Shown piece by piece: positions 26,995-36,312 of a DNA stretch of 56,867 nt. The translations under genes were made by a program, and so were the position numbers. Source of the DNA: Vicinamibacterales bacterium (GTDB taxonomy: Bacteria; Acidobacteriota; Vicinamibacteria; Vicinamibacterales; CAVVIG01); assembly GCA_040081555.1 (NCBI GenBank), contig JBEBGG010000004.1, positions 1 through 56,867 on the forward strand, read 5' to 3'. Within the stretch, counting starts at the first letter, position 1. Each line of letters starts with the position of its first letter. Under the pieces are notes generated by a model. That model was not told the DNA's origin. It worked only from the letters and a program-made list of their open reading frames with translations, and searched no databases.

Positions 26995-28343
26995 CCGTTG
27001 CCTGCGGCCAGGTTCTCGAAGCGGGTGTATTCCTTGAGGAACGCCAGCTTCACGACGCCAGTGGGGCCATTACGCTGCTTGCCGATGATGATCTCAGCGG
27101 TGCCCAGGGCCTCGGGTGGCGGGTTGTTCTTGTCGGCGTACTGTTCTTCGCGATAGATGAACGCAACGACGTCGGCGTCTTGCTCGAGGGCGCCCGACTC
27201 GCGCAGGTCAGACAGCTGCGGACGATGATCGGACCTCGCCTCCGGTGCGCGACTCAGCTGTGACAGCACAACAACCGGAACACTGAGCTCTTTGGCCAGC
27301 CCTTTCATCGAACGCGAGATCGACGCGAGTTCCAGCGTGCGGTTCTCGAACTTGCCGCGCCCCTGCATCAACTGGATGTAGTCGATGATGATGAGATGGA
27401 GGCCATGCTGCGAGGCCAACCGCCGGCACTTGGCCCGCATCTCGAGCACGCCGATCGATGCGGTATCGTCGATGAAGATCTTGGCTTCACTGAGAGTGCC
27501 AATCGCCTGCGACAGCTTGCCCCAGTCTCGCTCGCCAAGGAACCCGCCGCGCAGGCGATGCGCGTCGATCCGCGCCTCAGATGTCAGCATGCGCAGAAAC
27601 AACTGCTCCTTCGACATTTCGAGACTGAATACCCCGACCGTCATGTCAGTCTTGGTGCCCACATGCTGGGCGATATTCATGACGAGACTGGTCTTACCCA
27701 TCGACGGACGGGCCGCGACGATGATCAAATCGCCCTTCTGAAGCCCGGAGGTCATCTCGTCCAGGTCGGTGAAGCCAGTCGGGACACCGGTGATCAGCTC
27801 CTTCTTCGACTGAAGGGCCTCGATAGTGTCCAGGCTAGTGGCAGCCAGATCGCGCATCGAGACAAAGCCATCGCTCACCTTGTCGTCGGCGATGGCAAAA
27901 ATCTGATGCTCGGCTTGATCGAGGATGACGTCGGCGTCCTCCTCACCGTCGTAGGCGCTCGCCAAAATCTTGTGCGACGCGAAGATCAAATTTCGGAGGG
28001 TGCTCTTCTCCTTGATGATGCGCGCGTAATGACCGACGTTGGTGGAGCGCGGCACACCGTCGACCAGCGCGGCGAGGTAGGCCGGTCCACCGATCTCATC
28101 GAGGTCCCCCGACCGAGTCAGCTCTTCCTTCAGGGTGATGAAGTCAATAGCGTCGCCGCGTTCGGCGAGCTTGACCATCTTGTCCCAGATGCGGCGGTGG
28201 GCATCGCGGTAGAAATCGGCCGAGTCAATGAACTCGGCAGCGATGTTGAAGACGTCGTTGTGCAGCAGAATGGCGCCCAGCACAGAGCGCTCGGCCTCAA
28301 GGTTGTGAGGCAGCGTGCGTTCAGCGGCGACGGCGTCAGCCAT
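26991..28343 (-). CDS. dnaB: Replicative DNA helicase DnaB (no intein)
   Basis: [31 protein letters not shown] and [13 protein letters not shown]. Confidence 0.98.
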   Translation of the reverse strand: MADAVAAERTLPHNLEAERSVLGAILLHNDVFNIAAEFIDSADFYRDAHRRIWDKMVKLAERGDAIDFITLKEELTRSGDLDEIGGPAYLAALVDGVPRSTNVGHYARIIKEKSTLRNLIFASHKILASAYDGEEDADVILDQAEHQIFAIADDKVSDGFVSMRDLAATSLDTIEALQSKKELITGVPTGFTDLDEMTSGLQKGDLIIVAARPSMGKTSLVMNIAQHVGTKTDMTVGVFSLEMSKEQLFLRMLTSEARIDAHRLRGGFLGERDWGKLSQAIGTLSEAKIFIDDTASIGVLEMRAKCRRLASQHGLHLIIIDYIQLMQGRGKFENRTLELASISRSMKGLAKELSVPVVVLSQLSRAPEARSDHRPQLSDLRESGALEQDADVVAFIYREEQYADKNNPPPEALGTAEIIIGKQRNGPTGVVKLAFLKEYTRFENLAAGNG

Positions 28344-28413
28344 ACATCTCTAGGGCGATGAACGAAGTGGACACGGGCGATGTCAGGACCAGGAGGGGAA
28401 AGTATAGAGCAGC

Positions 28414-28460
28414 AAAAAGCAAAAGACCCGGACTCGACGATTTCGTCGAAATCCGGGCCT
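28414..28460 (-). terminator. Intrinsic terminator after rplI
   Basis: Minus strand AGGCCCGGATTTCGACGA-AA-TCGTCGAGTCCGGGTC-TTTTGCTTTTT. Confidence 0.75.
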
Positions 28461-28498
28461 CTGGTCCCTTGAGATTAACTGATCTTCAGATCGACCGC

Positions 28499-28954
28499 CT
28501 AGGCTCCGGCCGCCGCAGCGACAACCTTGACTTTCAGATTCACGACCACGTCGCGGTGTAGTTTCACCGGGACGTCGACCTCGCCGACCTTCTTCAGCGG
28601 CTCGGCCAGTTGAATCTTTCGACGATCGAGTTCGAAGCCCTTGGCGGCCACGGCGTCGGCGATATCGGACGAAGTCACCGAGCCGTACAAAGCATCGGTT
28701 TCGCCGACACGCCGGGCAATGACAACTTCGATGTTCGACAGACGTTCGGCGAGCGCCTCAAGCCCCTTCTTCTCTTCCGCTTCCTTCGCCTCAAACTTGG
28801 TCCGCTCGCGCTCGATTTGCTTCTTGTTGCCCTCGGTCACGAGCAATGCAAGCTTGCGCGGCAGCAGATAGTTGCGGGCGTAGCCTGCGGCAACCTTCAC
28901 GACCTCGCCACGACGGCCGAGGTTGTCGACGTGCTCTCTCAGAATGACTTCCAT
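28499..28954 (-). CDS. rplI: 50S ribosomal protein L9
   Basis: MEVILREHVDNLG, GYARNYLLP and LYGSVT. Confidence 0.99.
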   Translation of the reverse strand: MEVILREHVDNLGRRGEVVKVAAGYARNYLLPRKLALLVTEGNKKQIERERTKFEAKEAEEKKGLEALAERLSNIEVVIARRVGETDALYGSVTSSDIADAVAAKGFELDRRKIQLAEPLKKVGEVDVPVKLHRDVVVNLKVKVVAAAAGA

Positions 28955-28961
28955 AGCAGCC

Positions 28962-29261
28962 TCAATCAGTCACGTACGGAATGAGCGCAATTTGGCGCGC
29001 GCGCTTGATCGCCGTCTGCAGCTTACGCTGGTGCATCGCGCAGGTGCCTGAAATGCGACGCGGCAGAATCTTGCCGCGCTCTGGCACAAACGGGCCGAGC
29101 AGTTTGGCATCCTTGTAGTTAATGTCGTCGATCTTGTCTGCGCAGAACTTGCAGACCTTACGCCGACGAAACATCGGCCGGCGAGCGCCCTGCTGTTTGT
29201 CCTTGTCCTTCTTGTCACCGCGACCGCGGCCACCAGTTGAGCGTCCCTGTCCAAACGGCAT
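28962..29261 (-). CDS. rpsR: 30S ribosomal protein S18 (zinc-binding form, N-terminal extension)
   Basis: [33 protein letters not shown]. Confidence 0.98.
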   Translation of the reverse strand: MPFGQGRSTGGRGRGDKKDKDKQQGARRPMFRRRKVCKFCADKIDDINYKDAKLLGPFVPERGKILPRRISGTCAMHQRKLQTAIKRARQIALIPYVTD

Positions 29262-29263
29262 GG

Positions 29264-29713
29264 CTAAACCTCTCCCCCGTCAAAACGATCATCACCATCG
29301 TCATCGTTATCCGAAGAACGGCCTTCGCCCGGCTGGCGCTGCGGCGGCAGGCCGCGCTTGACGCGACGGCGTTCGGATTCGGTCTGGCGCTTGGTGCGGG
29401 TGCGTTCGACCACCTTCTTCTCTTCATCCACTCGGACGACCATGTGGCGGATGACCAGATCGAGCACCTTGAGGCGTCGATCGATTTCCTTCATCAACTC
29501 GCCGCTACCGTTGATGACTTCGAGGACGTAGACGCCTTCTTTGTGGCGCCCGATCTCGTAGGCCAGCTTCCGGCGGCCCCAGTTCTCTGTTTTCTCAATC
29601 TGCCCGTTCAGACGCGAGACGATGCTCGCGATCTGCTCGTGCAGTTCGGCGGCCTGCTGCTCCGTCGTTTCGGGCGGGAGAATATAGACGAGTTCGTACT
29701 GTCGATCTGCCAT
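29264..29713 (-). CDS. rpsF: 30S ribosomal protein S6
   Basis: [19 protein letters not shown] and VIRHMVVR; charged C-terminal tail. Confidence 0.98.
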   Translation of the reverse strand: MADRQYELVYILPPETTEQQAAELHEQIASIVSRLNGQIEKTENWGRRKLAYEIGRHKEGVYVLEVINGSGELMKEIDRRLKVLDLVIRHMVVRVDEEKKVVERTRTKRQTESERRRVKRGLPPQRQPGEGRSSDNDDDGDDRFDGGEV

Positions 29714-29858
29714 TGGTACTCCTTCAGGACGCGCCGAGCCCGGTTTAGTCCGGACCCGCCGCGGTCACCCAACCAGGGATGACAAGTGTTCAGTGAGTCG
29801 ACCCCTCAACCAACGTGGGGCCGTCTCGAACGACATCGAGAGACGCTTCATCACGCGA

Positions 29859-30440
29859 CTACCGCGCGACTCGCTCAGGACCGTCGGGATCGCTGTTAAA
29901 ACCGTTCATCACCGCCTCGATCCCAGACGCAATGAACATCTCTGCTGCATCGGCGGCGCGCGACGTCATACGCGCCACCTCCTCCAACTCACCGCTGTCG
30001 AACTTCGCCAGCACGTGACCGGCAAGGTCGCGTTCGCTCTGTCCGCGCCCCACCCCCACCCGCAGCCGGCCAAATTCCGCGCCGACGTGCGCGATGATCG
30101 ACTTCAGGCCGTTGTGACCACCCGCCGACCCATCCCGCCGCGCCCGCAACCTGGCGAGCGGCAGATGAACCTCGTCGACCACCACCAGCAGATCCGCCGG
30201 CTCGATCCTGAAGTAGCGCAGGATGCTACCGACCGCCTCGCCGCTGAGATTCATGAACGTCAGGGGCTTGACCAGCAGGGCATCACGCTCGCGCCACTTC
30301 GCAACCAGCGCATCGACCGACGACGAACCGAATTCGACGCCGGCGCGACGACCGAGTTCGTCGAGCACAGCGAAGCCGATGTTGTGACGCGTGCCGTAGT
30401 ACTTCGAGCCAGGATTACCCAACCCGACGATCGCCTTCAC
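29859..30440 (-). CDS. pth: Peptidyl-tRNA hydrolase
   Basis: IVGLGNPG, TRHNIGF, KPLTFMNLSG and GGHNGLKSI. Confidence 0.98.
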   Translation of the reverse strand: MKAIVGLGNPGSKYYGTRHNIGFAVLDELGRRAGVEFGSSSVDALVAKWRERDALLVKPLTFMNLSGEAVGSILRYFRIEPADLLVVVDEVHLPLARLRARRDGSAGGHNGLKSIIAHVGAEFGRLRVGVGRGQSERDLAGHVLAKFDSGELEEVARMTSRAADAAEMFIASGIEAVMNGFNSDPDGPERVAR

Positions 30441-30451
30441 AACGTCGCCCG

Positions 30452-31141
30452 TTACTTCTTCTTGTCGTCTTTCTTATCTGCGCTGTCTTCGTCCTTCTTG
30501 CCCTTCTTGACGACTTCGGGCTCTGAGGTGGCTGCCGGTGCCGCCGCGTCCGCCGTCGCCGCCGCCGCTTCTGCCTTCGGCAGGATCACATGCAAGAGCA
30601 TGGTGTCAGGATCGAGCAAGGGCTTCCACTTCGACTCGTGAGCGATGTCGCGCACGCGAACGCCGTCGTGCACCATCAGCTCAGTAACGTCGACTTCGAC
30701 GTGTTCCGGGATGTCGCCAGGAAAACACTCGATTTCAATCTCGCGACGGACAAATTCAATGATGCCGCCCTGCAGCTTGGCGCCCTTGGCTTCCCCCTTC
30801 ACCACCACCGGCACGGTAATCCGCAACAACTTGTCCATCGCCACGCGATAGAAATCGGCATGCAAGATCGCATGGGTCACCGGGTCCAGCAGATAGTCGC
30901 GAACCAGCACCTTGTCTTCCGCGCCGGCCACCTTCAGCGAGATCAATGTGTTGGCCCCGCTATCGGAATGCAAGATGCGGAGCAGCGCCTTCGGGTCGAC
31001 ATCAATCGACGTCGCCTCGCGGCTCGCACCGACGCTCGCAGCGCCGTAAACAACGGCCGGCACGCGGCCAGCCCGACGGGTACGGCGCGCTTCGTTCTTG
31101 CCAATGGTGTCGCGGCGGTTTGCTTCGAGTGTGGCTTCCAT
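30452..31141 (-). CDS. rplY: 50S ribosomal protein L25/Ctc (long form)
   Basis: RRAGRVPAVVYG, ILHADFYRV and IPEHVEVDV; Lys/Asp-rich tail. Confidence 0.96.
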   Translation of the reverse strand: MEATLEANRRDTIGKNEARRTRRAGRVPAVVYGAASVGASREATSIDVDPKALLRILHSDSGANTLISLKVAGAEDKVLVRDYLLDPVTHAILHADFYRVAMDKLLRITVPVVVKGEAKGAKLQGGIIEFVRREIEIECFPGDIPEHVEVDVTELMVHDGVRVRDIAHESKWKPLLDPDTMLLHVILPKAEAAAATADAAAPAATSEPEVVKKGKKDEDSADKKDDKKK

Positions 31142-31153
31142 GTTTCTCGTTCC

Positions 31154-31188
31154 TAGATGCTGGTTGCTGGATGCTAGTGACTGTTTGC
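31154..31188. repeat. Degenerate 7-nt array in the prs-rplY spacer
   Basis: TAGATGC TGGTTGC TGGATGC TAGTGAC TGTTTGC. Confidence 0.65.
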
Positions 31189-32162
31189 TAGACGAAGAGG
31201 CTCGAGACCGAGGTCTCCTCGTGAATACTCTTAATCGCCTGGCCGAGCAGGCGCGCCACCGACAACACCACGATCTTGTCGCAGGCCTCGGTCGCCTTGG
31301 CCTGCGGAATGGTGTTGGTGACGATCATCTTGTCGATCGGCGACTTCTCGATACGCTCAATCGCCGGGCCCGACAGCACACCGTGGACCGCACAGGCCAG
31401 AATACGCGCCGCACCGTTGTTCTTCAATGCGATCGCGGCCTTGGTGATGGTACCGGCCGTATCGACGATGTCGTCCTGAATGATGCAGGTGCGCCCTTCG
31501 ACCGTTCCAATCACGTTCATGACTTCGGCGGTGCCATCGTCGCTTCGGCGCTTGTCGATCACAGCGAGGTCGGCATTCAGGCGCTTCGCGTAGGCACGCG
31601 CGCGCTCGGCGCCCCCGGCGTCCGGCGCCACAATCGTGAGATTTGGCGACTCGAGACGATCGAGATACTCGATGATGACCGGCGCGGCGAACAGATGATC
31701 GACCGGGATGTCGAAAAACCCCTGAATCTGTGCCTTATGCAGATCCATCGTGAGGACACGGTTGGTGCCGGCGGCCCCGAGGACGTTGGCCACCAACTTC
31801 GCCGAGATTGGAACGCGCGGCTTGTCCTTGCGGTCCTGACGAGCGTAGCCGTAATAGGGCATCACGGCTGTGATGCGCGCCGCAGACGAGCGGCGGAACG
31901 CGTCAACCATGATCATCAGTTCCATGACGTGATCGTCCACGCTGCCAGTGGTCGTGGCCACCGTCGGCTGGACAATGAACACATCCGTACCGCGGATGTT
32001 CTCGTCGATCTGAAAGGAGACTTCCGTGTCAGGAAAACGACGGAGGCGAGCCTGGCCGATCGGCACGCGGAGAAAATCCGCGATCTCGCGCGTGAGATCG
32101 TGATGCGCGCTCCCAGAGAAAATTTTCAACTCACCAAAACCTGTCGACATCGCCTCGTCCAC
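31188..32162 (-). CDS. prs: Ribose-phosphate pyrophosphokinase
   Basis: PYYGYARQDRK, DLHKAQIQGFF, PDAGG and QDDIVDTAGT. Confidence 0.98.
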   Translation of the reverse strand: MDEAMSTGFGELKIFSGSAHHDLTREIADFLRVPIGQARLRRFPDTEVSFQIDENIRGTDVFIVQPTVATTTGSVDDHVMELMIMVDAFRRSSAARITAVMPYYGYARQDRKDKPRVPISAKLVANVLGAAGTNRVLTMDLHKAQIQGFFDIPVDHLFAAPVIIEYLDRLESPNLTIVAPDAGGAERARAYAKRLNADLAVIDKRRSDDGTAEVMNVIGTVEGRTCIIQDDIVDTAGTITKAAIALKNNGAARILACAVHGVLSGPAIERIEKSPIDKMIVTNTIPQAKATEACDKIVVLSVARLLGQAIKSIHEETSVSSLFV

Positions 32163-32188
32163 GACTCACCAACAGCCCTGATAAAAGG

Positions 32189-32263
32189 TGGCTGGGGCGG
32201 AAGGATTCGAACCTTCGAATACGGGATCCAAAGACCCGCGCCTTACCACTTGGCCACGCCCCA
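32189..32263 (-). tRNA. tRNA-Gln(TTG)
   Basis: TGGGGCGTGGCCAAGTGGTAAGGCGCGGGTCTTTGGATCCCG...GGTTCGAATCCTTCCGCCCCAGCCA; usual ispE-tRNA-Gln-prs position. Confidence 0.96.
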
Positions 32264-32328
32264 CCGAACGGTTTCCGAAGGAGTTGCAGAACTCAGGAGT
32301 GGATGAAACCACGTGGTGCAAACGGCTA

Positions 32329-32358
32329 AGTCTATACGATGGCCCATTTGAGTCGCAA
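32329..32358 (-). promoter_or_regulatory. Sigma70-type promoter for tRNA-Gln/prs
   Basis: TTGCGA-18 nt-TAGACT on the minus strand between ispE and tRNA-Gln. Confidence 0.5.
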
Positions 32359-32377
32359 GGGTTTGACGGCGCTCGAC

Positions 32378-33268
32378 CTACTGTGGAGCCGTCCGCGTAC
32401 GGTATTCGTGACGACCTACTGTCCGCGTCACCGTTACGAGGCGTCCCTTGCCGCTCAACGCAGCGGCGGCGGCACGCGCCACGGATTGTTCAGGAAAAAG
32501 GCCAAAAACAGCGGATCCACTGCCGGACATCCCACTCTGAACGGCCCCAAGGGTCATCAGTCTCTTCACAATTTTTCCCACCTCGGGGTGGCGCGCCGTG
32601 ACTGGCGGCTGCAGATCATTACCGATCTCGCCCCCACCGAGCATGCTGGGCTGCGGCTTCGAAGAAACAAGCCCCTTTGGGTGGATTGCGTCCCACCAAC
32701 CATAGGCCTCCCTGGTGCTCACCCCGAACGCCGGCCGTATCAGCACGACCCAGACCGCCGGCCGGTCGGCCAGCGGATACAGGATCTCGCCGCGGCCGAC
32801 CCCAAGGACCGTACCCCCCTCCAAGAAGTAGGCGACATCAGCACCCAGCCCCCGACCGACCGCGTGCAGCGCCACGTCGCCGACTTGCGTCCGCCAGAGC
32901 CGCGCTAACCCTCTGAGAGCCGCCGCCGCGTCACTGCTGCCACCGCCGAGACCCGCCTGCATGGGAATCCGCTTGTTTATTCCAACAGTCACACCAGCCG
33001 GACGTCCGGGGCGCTTATCCGCCCGCCACAACCGCTCAGCCGCGCGCCACACGAGATTGCCCTCATCTGTCGGACAGGCCGGGTCGTCGCAGGTGAGTAT
33101 CAGTGGACCGCGGGTGGCGGTGAACACCAGCGTGTCGTGAAGCGCCACAGACTGGAACGTCGTACGCAGCTCATGGTATCCGTCGGCGTGCGTTCCGAGG
33201 ATTCTCAGCGACAGATTAATCTTGGCGAGTGCACGGACGCGGAACGTTCGCCTCGAGAGTGGTGTCAC
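32378..33268 (-). CDS. ispE: 4-diphosphocytidyl-2-C-methyl-D-erythritol kinase
   Basis: AKINLSLRI, GYHEL, KRIPMQAGLGGGSSDAA (GHMP kinase) and MSGSGS. Confidence 0.97.
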   Translation of the reverse strand: MTPLSRRTFRVRALAKINLSLRILGTHADGYHELRTTFQSVALHDTLVFTATRGPLILTCDDPACPTDEGNLVWRAAERLWRADKRPGRPAGVTVGINKRIPMQAGLGGGSSDAAAALRGLARLWRTQVGDVALHAVGRGLGADVAYFLEGGTVLGVGRGEILYPLADRPAVWVVLIRPAFGVSTREAYGWWDAIHPKGLVSSKPQPSMLGGGEIGNDLQPPVTARHPEVGKIVKRLMTLGAVQSGMSGSGSAVFGLFPEQSVARAAAAALSGKGRLVTVTRTVGRHEYRTRTAPQ

Positions 33269-33270
33269 GT

Positions 33271-34095
33271 TCAGCGGTCCGAGGATTCGGCCAGAGGCCC
33301 GGAAGCGCGCAGCTGGTCCAGCGTGATTGGTTGATATCCTGCGGGTACCACAGGGTGAAACACTTCGTCGCCGAGCGGCACGTTCAGCTCGACCTGCGAC
33401 AGCGCGAGCGCCACGTCGAAACGCGACGGCTCGGCCCTGGCGAGGCGAATCGTACGAGGCAAACCATTGACAATGTCTGCGTACTCAGCGCGCCACTCGG
33501 CACGGCCGTTCCCACGGTGCACAACCGCCCCCACATGCCACGGCTCGCTCGGCCCCGATCTCCGGAGATAGACGCGCGGTTCGCCGAAGATCACCCGCCA
33601 CCGGTCGCCGCTCTGTTGAGCGGCGCGGCCATCAACTCCGGTAACACACCCGGTGAGTGTGTCGCGCAGCTCGTGCGGTGTGAGCGCCACACCGGCGATG
33701 GCCTCGAGCACGTCCGAGGGATGCCCCCGTTCAAGCATGCGGTGGTCACGAGGCAGCAGCAGCGTCGCCACGTCGTCAACCGCAGCAAATACGAACGCCG
33801 AGGCGCCAAACGGTGCCGGCGCCTCAATGTACGCAGACGCGGGCGCGGCAACGCCCACCAGGAGCCGACTTCGTGCACGTCGTCCGCCGATCCGGCCGCT
33901 GAGGCGAATTTCCGCAGTCATGCTGCGAACGGCGACGCAAGCGGCGGTCGCTTGCTCAATCGCATCCTCGCCATCGGTGGCCGGGGTGAGCTGCCCAGTG
34001 GGCAAGGTGATGAGTGGCTTCACACCGCACGCCGTCGTGCACGTCACTGACAGCACTGCAGCCGCAAAGGCACGCCAGAGGCGAGCAGCGCTCAT
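33271..34095 (-). CDS. Predicted lipoprotein at the lolB position (between the TPR gene and ispE)
   Basis: MSAARLWRAFAAAVLSVTCTTA-C lipobox-like signal and beta-strand-rich pattern. ATG 34095 overlaps the upstream TPR stop. Product inferred from synteny only. Confidence 0.7.
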   Translation of the reverse strand: MSAARLWRAFAAAVLSVTCTTACGVKPLITLPTGQLTPATDGEDAIEQATAACVAVRSMTAEIRLSGRIGGRRARSRLLVGVAAPASAYIEAPAPFGASAFVFAAVDDVATLLLPRDHRMLERGHPSDVLEAIAGVALTPHELRDTLTGCVTGVDGRAAQQSGDRWRVIFGEPRVYLRRSGPSEPWHVGAVVHRGNGRAEWRAEYADIVNGLPRTIRLARAEPSRFDVALALSQVELNVPLGDEVFHPVVPAGYQPITLDQLRASGPLAESSDR

Positions 34096-36092
34096 CGCTT
34101 GGGGAGCTTTTGTCTCGCGGACCGAATCTTTCGGTCGATACCACTCCGATCGATCGCGTCCGCGTCCCCAGACAACGCTTTGTTCCACGCGCTGATCGCA
34201 TCGTCGTATCGACCAAGCTTGAAGAGAACATCGGCGTAGTGATCCTGAACCACCGAATTGCTCTGGAGCTGCTCGGCGGCCTTCTGCAAGTTCTCGAGCG
34301 CGAGTTGCAGCTTGCCATCCTTAAAGTACGCCCAACCGATGCTGTCGAGGTACGAGCCATTCTCGGGTTCAATCGCCAGCGCCCGCTTTATGTAATCCAC
34401 CGACTCGTTCAGGCGCTCTCCTCGCTCGGCGAGCATGTATCCCAGGTAGTTGAGTGCCGCCGCATTATCGGGCTCCTTCGAAATGAGCTGACGAAACACC
34501 GATTCTGATTCCGGGTACTTCTTCTGCTTGTCCAGCGCGGCGCCGAGTTCGAACGTGATGTCGGTCTCATTGGGAAACCGGGCCTGCGCCGTTTGCAGTG
34601 TCCGAATCGCCTGCGCGCCTCGATTGGCGTCGAGATAGGCCTGCGCCAGCGCCACGTATGGGCCAGACTCACCACCTGACTTGGCAACCAGGCCTTCGAG
34701 AATAGCCAGTCCCTGCTCGACCTTTCCCGAGCGGCGCAAGGCGAGGGATTCGAGACGCGCGAGACGCAGGTCATCGGGTGACTGCTGCCGCGCCGTGTGC
34801 GCCAAGTCCGCCGCTGCGGAATAGTTCTTCGCAGCGAGCTGCGCCTGAATCAGATAGCTGAGAAACGACTGATCGTTGGGCGACACCTTGCGCCCTTCTT
34901 CGAAGGTCGCGACGGCTTTCTCGTGCTGACCGAGTTCCAGATACGCAAAGCCGAGGTGGGGCAACAGAAGACGCAACGCCAACGCGTTGCTCGCACCGCC
35001 ACGGAAGGTCGCCAGCGCAGGCACGAGCGCGTCAATGATCGGCTGGTAGCGGCGCTGGGCCTCAAGGGCCTCAGCCAGAGCCGAGAAGCCCTGTGGGTTG
35101 TGTGGATTCTGGGTCACGAGACGCCGCGCGGCGCCCTCCGCAGCGTGGCTATCCCCCGCGAGACGCTCAGATGTCGAAAGCAGAAAGAGCACCCGCTCAT
35201 CCGTGGGACGCATGACTGCCGTTTCACGCAGTACATCGCGGGCACGCAATGCGTTAGTCCGCTCGCCCGTATTGAGCAGCATTTCCGCCAGCCCCTTGCG
35301 GTAGTCGATGCTGCGGGGCGAGCTCTTCAGCGCCTGCTCGTAGGCGATGGCTGCGTCAGACCAGCGATGGCTGCGGCCGTAGAAGTCCGCCAAGGTGGCG
35401 TAGAGCTGAGGGTTATCCGGTGCTGATTCTTCGAGCCAAGTGACACCTTCCGCCGTGCGGCCGGCCGCCATGTAGGCCTCGGCCAGAAGGTTTGGCCCCT
35501 CTTGCCACCCTGGTTCCTGCTTCACGAGATCAGTCAGAACCGGAATCGCCTTGCCGTACGCTGCCGTCGCCATGTACAGGCGCGAGAGCATCGCGCGCAG
35601 GTTGGCGTCGGCCGTCGACAGCGGTGGCTCGATCGCTTGTTCCAGATGTTCGACCGCCTTGTTTAGATTGTCTCGCTGGGCGTTGCGCGTCGGCCGCTGC
35701 CCTTCAGGCGCCGCGCTGGCCAACGTCGCGTAGACCATCCCAAGCACGCGATGGGCGTCGCGATTGGACGGCGCCAGGCGCAGCGCCTGCTCGGCGCTCT
35801 GCACCGCGTCGTTAGCCCGCCCCTCGCGCATGAACAAGTCGGCGAGGTCGGCGTGAATTGTCGCTGATGCCGGATCGAGCGTGGCGGCTGTTCGATAGGC
35901 GGCAATCGCGCCGTCCACATCATCGTCCTCGAGCAGATGCGCACGCAAGAACTGCTCATAGGACTGCGCCACGCGATCAACGTCCGTCGTCGCTGGCGCC
36001 GGCCGTTGCGGCACAGCCGCCTGTCGACCCTGCCCAGCTGCAAGGGACGGCGCCGACGCGGCCAGCATGGCGACGAAAACGACAAGCGTCAT
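34092..36092 (-). CDS. Secreted/periplasmic multi-TPR protein
   Basis: Signal-peptide-like N-terminus and many TPR repeats (e.g. AAALNYLGYMLAE...SYLDSIGWAYFKDG). Start ATG 36092, or GTG 36113. Confidence 0.9.
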   Translation of the reverse strand: MTLVVFVAMLAASAPSLAAGQGRQAAVPQRPAPATTDVDRVAQSYEQFLRAHLLEDDDVDGAIAAYRTAATLDPASATIHADLADLFMREGRANDAVQSAEQALRLAPSNRDAHRVLGMVYATLASAAPEGQRPTRNAQRDNLNKAVEHLEQAIEPPLSTADANLRAMLSRLYMATAAYGKAIPVLTDLVKQEPGWQEGPNLLAEAYMAAGRTAEGVTWLEESAPDNPQLYATLADFYGRSHRWSDAAIAYEQALKSSPRSIDYRKGLAEMLLNTGERTNALRARDVLRETAVMRPTDERVLFLLSTSERLAGDSHAAEGAARRLVTQNPHNPQGFSALAEALEAQRRYQPIIDALVPALATFRGGASNALALRLLLPHLGFAYLELGQHEKAVATFEEGRKVSPNDQSFLSYLIQAQLAAKNYSAAADLAHTARQQSPDDLRLARLESLALRRSGKVEQGLAILEGLVAKSGGESGPYVALAQAYLDANRGAQAIRTLQTAQARFPNETDITFELGAALDKQKKYPESESVFRQLISKEPDNAAALNYLGYMLAERGERLNESVDYIKRALAIEPENGSYLDSIGWAYFKDGKLQLALENLQKAAEQLQSNSVVQDHYADVLFKLGRYDDAISAWNKALSGDADAIDRSGIDRKIRSARQKLPKR

Positions 36093-36141
36093 AGGGTTGG
36101 AATTGTTCCACAAAAAGCGGGGATGTCATATAGTCCCAACC

Positions 36142-36312
36142 ATGTCTGTTGACCCGGAATTGCTCGAAATTCTCGCGTGCCCGCACTGCAAGACGCCCGT
36201 CACGCTGGTCCACGCCGGCGCCGCCCTCAAGTGCCATACCTGCCGCCGCGTCTACCCCATCAAGGACGACATTCCGGTGATGCTGATTGACGAAGCGACG
36301 ATTGAAGCCTGA
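36142..36312 (+). CDS. Trm112/YcaR-family small zinc-ribbon protein
   Basis: MSVDPELLEILACPHCK...CHTCRRVYPIKDDIPVMLIDEA. Confidence 0.92.
   Translation: MSVDPELLEILACPHCKTPVTLVHAGAALKCHTCRRVYPIKDDIPVMLIDEATIEA

Noticed and set aside
29714-29790. Possible S6:S18 leader hairpin upstream of rpsF
   Set aside because: A hairpin (GGGTCCGG-ACTAAA-CCGGGCTC) exists, but I could not place the CCG internal-loop/SD pairing convincingly. It needs a covariance-model search.
36104-36112. DnaA-box-like TGTTCCACA in the divergent TPR/trm112 spacer
   Set aside because: A single 8/9 match with no cluster or AT-rich unwinding element; expected by chance.
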